Shown piece after piece: positions 49,179-52,664 of a DNA stretch of 52,664 bases. Position 1 is the first letter of the stretch; every line of letters begins with the position of its first letter. The notes beneath the pieces were generated by a model. That model searched no databases and was not told the DNA's origin. It saw nothing but the letters and a program-made list of their open reading frames with translations. The position numbers were made by a program, and so were the translations under genes. Location: NCBI GenBank assembly GCA_965644315.1, contig CBFFRQ010000011.1:1-52664 (forward strand). The letters run 5' to 3'. The stretch is from Caecitellus pseudoparvulus (lineage: Eukaryota; Protista; Bigyra: Bicosoecida).

Positions 49179-51058
49179 TCAGCGTTGCTTCGCTGCTGCC
49201 AGCTCCGACTGCACGCCGCGCAGCAGTGCTGTTGTCGGCTCGCCGGGCAACGCGCCCAGCTTCACGGCGACTCTGGCGAGGACGCAGAGACTGGGCATGG
49301 CGGCGGCCACCTCCTCCACTGCACTGCGGCGATTGCCCACTAATAGCCGCACTGCTGCCTGCAGCGCACTGAGCAGGGCGGTGGCCAGGGCTGCCGCCAC
49401 ATCCAGTGGGCCAGAGTCGTGTTGCTCCACCGGCCGCCCCGCGTCACCGTCTTCCGCCGCCTTGCGCTGGAGGAACGCGCGGCCACATGCGATGGCCACG
49501 GTGGCTTCGCTGCTCGCCCAGGCTGAGACGCCCTCCTCCGCGTCCCCACGCACGATGCCTTGATGTGCGGCTGATGTGGAAGGCAGCGCGCCCAGCGCCA
49601 CGTCAGCGGCGGCCGCGTGCGATTCCACACCGTGCAACAGCGCACCCGCACCAGCCCATGCACAAGCTGCAAGTGCAACGACATCTCCCGGCTCGGGCAA
49701 CTGCTGTGCAACAGCTTTCACGCCAACCATAGGCAGCAGCAAGCCTGGGTGAGTGGGCTCAGCAGCGCTCGAGTGCACTGCCCACAGCGGCTGGGCGGAC
49801 AGCTGCCCCACCCAGGCATCCTTGGCCTGCCACTGGGTCAAGGCGTGAGCCAGCATGGCCAAAAATGCGCCCGCCAGAGCAGCGTCTTGCGGGTCCAAGC
49901 CTTGCTCAAGGGCCGCGTCCGGAGTGGCGGCGCGTATGCGTGACGTAAGAGCGCCAGGCAGGCCACCTAGCGGGCTCATGACTGGCAGCACGCCACCCAT
50001 GCGACTGGATCCGGATGAGGACCGGCGCCTGCGACCTGCCGAAGGCACCACGGCGTAAGACTGTCGCAGGCGCTCGAACGCTGCGCCCACATCTGCGGCT
50101 GCCGACCGCTGCACGGAGCTCGTCGCAACCGTCGACCCACTCGGAACTGGGGCAGGCACGCTTGGGTTCAGCAGCGGGTGGGCGAAGAACTCCACGAAGG
50201 AGATGCGGTCCACTGGGTCTGGGCGCAGTAGCATGCGCAGCAGGTGGTGCAGTGACTCAGGCACGCCGGTCGCGATGCCGGGAGGCATGGTGGGGGTGGC
50301 GGAGCGAATGGTGTCGAGCAGAGCAGCAGGCGAGTCAGCTGTGAAGGGCGGAGCACCAGTCAGCATCTCCCACGCAATGCAGCCCACCGACCACAGATCG
50401 CACTTGGCGTCGTACTGCTGTCGGTCCAGCACCTCCGGAGCCATGTACAGCGGGCTGCCGCACAGCGTCGCTGCCATGCCCTCGTCCGGCAGCGTGCGTG
50501 CGAAGCCAAAGTCTCCGATGCGCAGCACGCTGTCTTCTGCCAGCAGCAGGTTCTGCGGCTTCAAGTCGCGGTGGATGACGTTGTTGGAGTGCAGGTACGC
50601 CAGCCCCGCCGCAAGCTGGCTGAGGAAGGCGAGCGCTTGCGGCACCGGCAAGCCGCCATCGTCCTGGGCCATGAGCATGGACAGGTCCCCCTGCTGGCAG
50701 TACTCCAGCACGATGAAGATGTGCTTCTCTGACTTCTGCGGTGAGGCGAGGCGAAGCCTGCAGGCGCCAGCGGCACAGCCCGGGCAGCGCACGTGCAACG
50801 ACGCACCATGACGTCCAGCAGTCGGACGATGTTCGGGTGTTCAAGCTTGCGCAGGAGGCCGATCTCCAGCTCCAGGTTTCGCACCACCTTGGCTGTCAAG
50901 GAGCGTGTCTTGATGGCCTTCAGCGCCACATGCTCCCCCGTCTCCTCGTGCACGGCATGGTACACGTGTGCGAAGCTGCCGGCACCCAGCAGAGACTTCA
51001 CAAGGTACTTTCCGACTTTTCCCTGTCCATCGCCCCCCAGGCCGCCTACGCCTGCCAT
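49179..51058 (-). CDS. ATG1: ATG1/ULK-family Ser/Thr kinase, 2 exons
   Basis: LGAGSFAHVY, VALK, HPNIV, HRDLKPQNLLL, IGDFGFAR, MAATLCGSPLYMAPE, YDAKCDLWSVG, RISFVEFFAHP; intron at about 50736-50806. Confidence 0.85.
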
Positions 51059-51476
51059 GTGCGGAGCCAAGTGTGGAGTGGTAGTGGCAGAAACGCTGCC
51101 GCAACGCTGGCCAGCACGCCGGCCTTCACGTAGCGTGAGGGCGCTGGGGTGGATGCGGGCACGTCAATGCGTGCATACATCAAAGAGGTGGTCGTTTGTT
51201 GTACGTGCAGGCTTTGGAACGCTTGAATTTTGTTGAATGCGGAGCCTATGCCCGAGTTGTTGCTCAAGTCTGGCGTTGTCCAACCGTGCTTCACCGAAAG
51301 CCCAGCACGCGAGCCCAACCTGCACCTAATTTGTAAACACACTGCAATACGATCGTCTACGGGCTGGTTCCTTGGCTTCCGGCAGTGCTTGGCTCTGCAG
51401 TGTGGCGCCATTCGTCATCTTCTTCGCCAGCCCGTGTGCGGTGCCTGGTTCAACGCAGGCAGCTTCCTCGCACAGT

Positions 51477-52252
51477 TCACACCTTGGACTCTGACGGGGC
51501 ACTCGTAGGAGCCGCGCTGTGCACCTGCACGCCCCGGCACAGCGGCTCCAGGGGCGTGGGGCCGACGACACCGGCTGGCTCCTGTGTGCTCAATTGCAGC
51601 GACGGGCGCTTGGACAGGGTGCACTTGTACAGGCGGAAGTGGCGGAAGTAGTGCTGGAGGAGGAACTCTGACACTGACGCCACCTCCTCTTCACTGAACA
51701 GGCACACAGAGGCTGGGCTGTGGTCCACTGCGTGCTGCAGCAGCAGCTCAGAGGCGTACGCGTAGCTCTCCGTGCACGTCGTGTTCCACGTGGCAGCATC
51801 CACATATGCACACTGATATATGATGCCCAGCACGACTGATGCTTGGGCTGGCTTGAGCTTGTGCTCCCGGCAAAACCTGCACGAGTTTGGGGGGCGCGAA
51901 ACGTTGGCGAAACGCCGTCTGAAGCACGCAGCATCGACGTGCCGTACCCCAGCGTGTAGTACAGCAGTTCTCCAAGCACAGGCAACGAAGCTTCATCATC
52001 CCATTCAATGCCTTCGACCAGCGCCCTGGAAATCACAGAGAGAGGAGGGCGTTGCGCAATGAGAGGCAGGGGGTGCAGAAACGCGCGACCATGCCGCACC
52101 GCTCGATTTCTTCCCGGTCCTTCAGCTCTGCCAACGCCTGCATGCACTCTTCGCTGAACACCTTGTACTCCATGGATGCCGCCTGAGACAGGCATTGCAT
52201 TCGAGGGTGCAGTGGCGCTTGTGAGCTTGCACGGCATTGAAAGCCTCACCAT
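51477..52252 (-). CDS. CFAP119/CCDC189-like flagellar central-pair (C1a-32/CLAMP family) protein
   Basis: ELLLQHAVDHSPASVCLFSEEEV..VSEFLLQHYFRHFRLY matches the family motif (HSVxRPP...YFRHYKLY). Three predicted GT-AG introns; the first coding exon may be the ATG alone. Confidence 0.75.
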
Positions 52253-52464
52253 GCCGAGTTTGCTGGCGCAATCCTAGGGAGACTGCACAGTCGGCGCGAG
52301 CCCGCTCACAGGGGCAGAGGGCAGCACGCCAGGGGTGAGCTGGCGTACACAGAGGGTGCTTGGGGCATTGGCCAGCAGCTGGCTGCAGCTTTGCCGACTC
52401 GTATGAAGTTTGACCCGCGCTCGAAAGTGTCATCATGCACCGGCACGAAGCACGGCCGCTGACC

Positions 52465-52664
52465 CTACCGCAAGAAGATGGCAAAGTGGGGGGGGTTCCC
52501 CTGTGTCAGTGCCGAGTGCACAGCGCTGTAGCTCATGTGCGCGGCGCAGCACACCTCGTCCAAGCAGTGCCCCCCTCCCAGCAGGTGCCGCACGCGCCAC
52601 AGTGCAGGTGGCAGCCCCAACACATTCCCGCCGGCCGCAGAGTCCATGGGCGGCGCCACACTCC
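52465..52664 (-). CDS. 3' end of a gene truncated by the window; NPRL2/NPRL3-like C-terminal winged helix
   Basis: LLGGGHCLDEVCC resembles the GxHxxDEIC motif at the C-terminus of GATOR1 NPRL subunits; only about 65 codons are visible. Confidence 0.45.
   Translation of the reverse strand, partial: SVAPPMDSAAGGNVLGLPPALWRVRHLLGGGHCLDEVCCAAHMSYSAVHSALTQGNPPHFAIFLR

Noticed and set aside
1-52664. CRISPR arrays, rRNA/tRNA genes, virophage/Polinton genes, alternative genetic code
   Set aside because: None recognised. There is no AT-rich viral insert, and conserved genes translate and terminate normally with the standard code.

Overview
This is the left end of a chromosome from a GC-rich, gene-dense eukaryote, most likely a flagellated stramenopile (inferred from a tubular-mastigoneme-type gene and a CFAP119-like gene). 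Introns are short, about 40-130 nt, and mostly GTGCGT...GCAG. Bases 1-1996 are a perfect (CCCTAA)n telomere. Directly next to it is a ~2.9 kb intronless element of different-looking composition, with two ORFs offset by -1 at a G-run; the second ORF has a papain-like Cys/His/Asn pattern. A variable subtelomere follows (about 5.4-24.2 kb). It holds two nearly identical 5.6 kb units, each with a decayed ankyrin gene and a Crinkler/RHS-type P-loop NTPase + restriction-endonuclease-fold effector gene. The two effector copies have different N-terminal exons and one highly divergent internal patch. Three intact intronless ankyrin genes of the same family follow in tandem. From about 24.4 kb the window is compact housekeeping sequence: a mastigoneme EGF protein, RPA2, a BIG/Sec7 ARF-GEF, a cNMP-binding protein, a coiled-coil protein, a membrane WH2 protein, PAN2, CLN3, SFT2, ATG1, a CFAP119-like gene and a probable NPRL2-like 3' end. 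All assignments come from motif recognition by eye; no searches were run.
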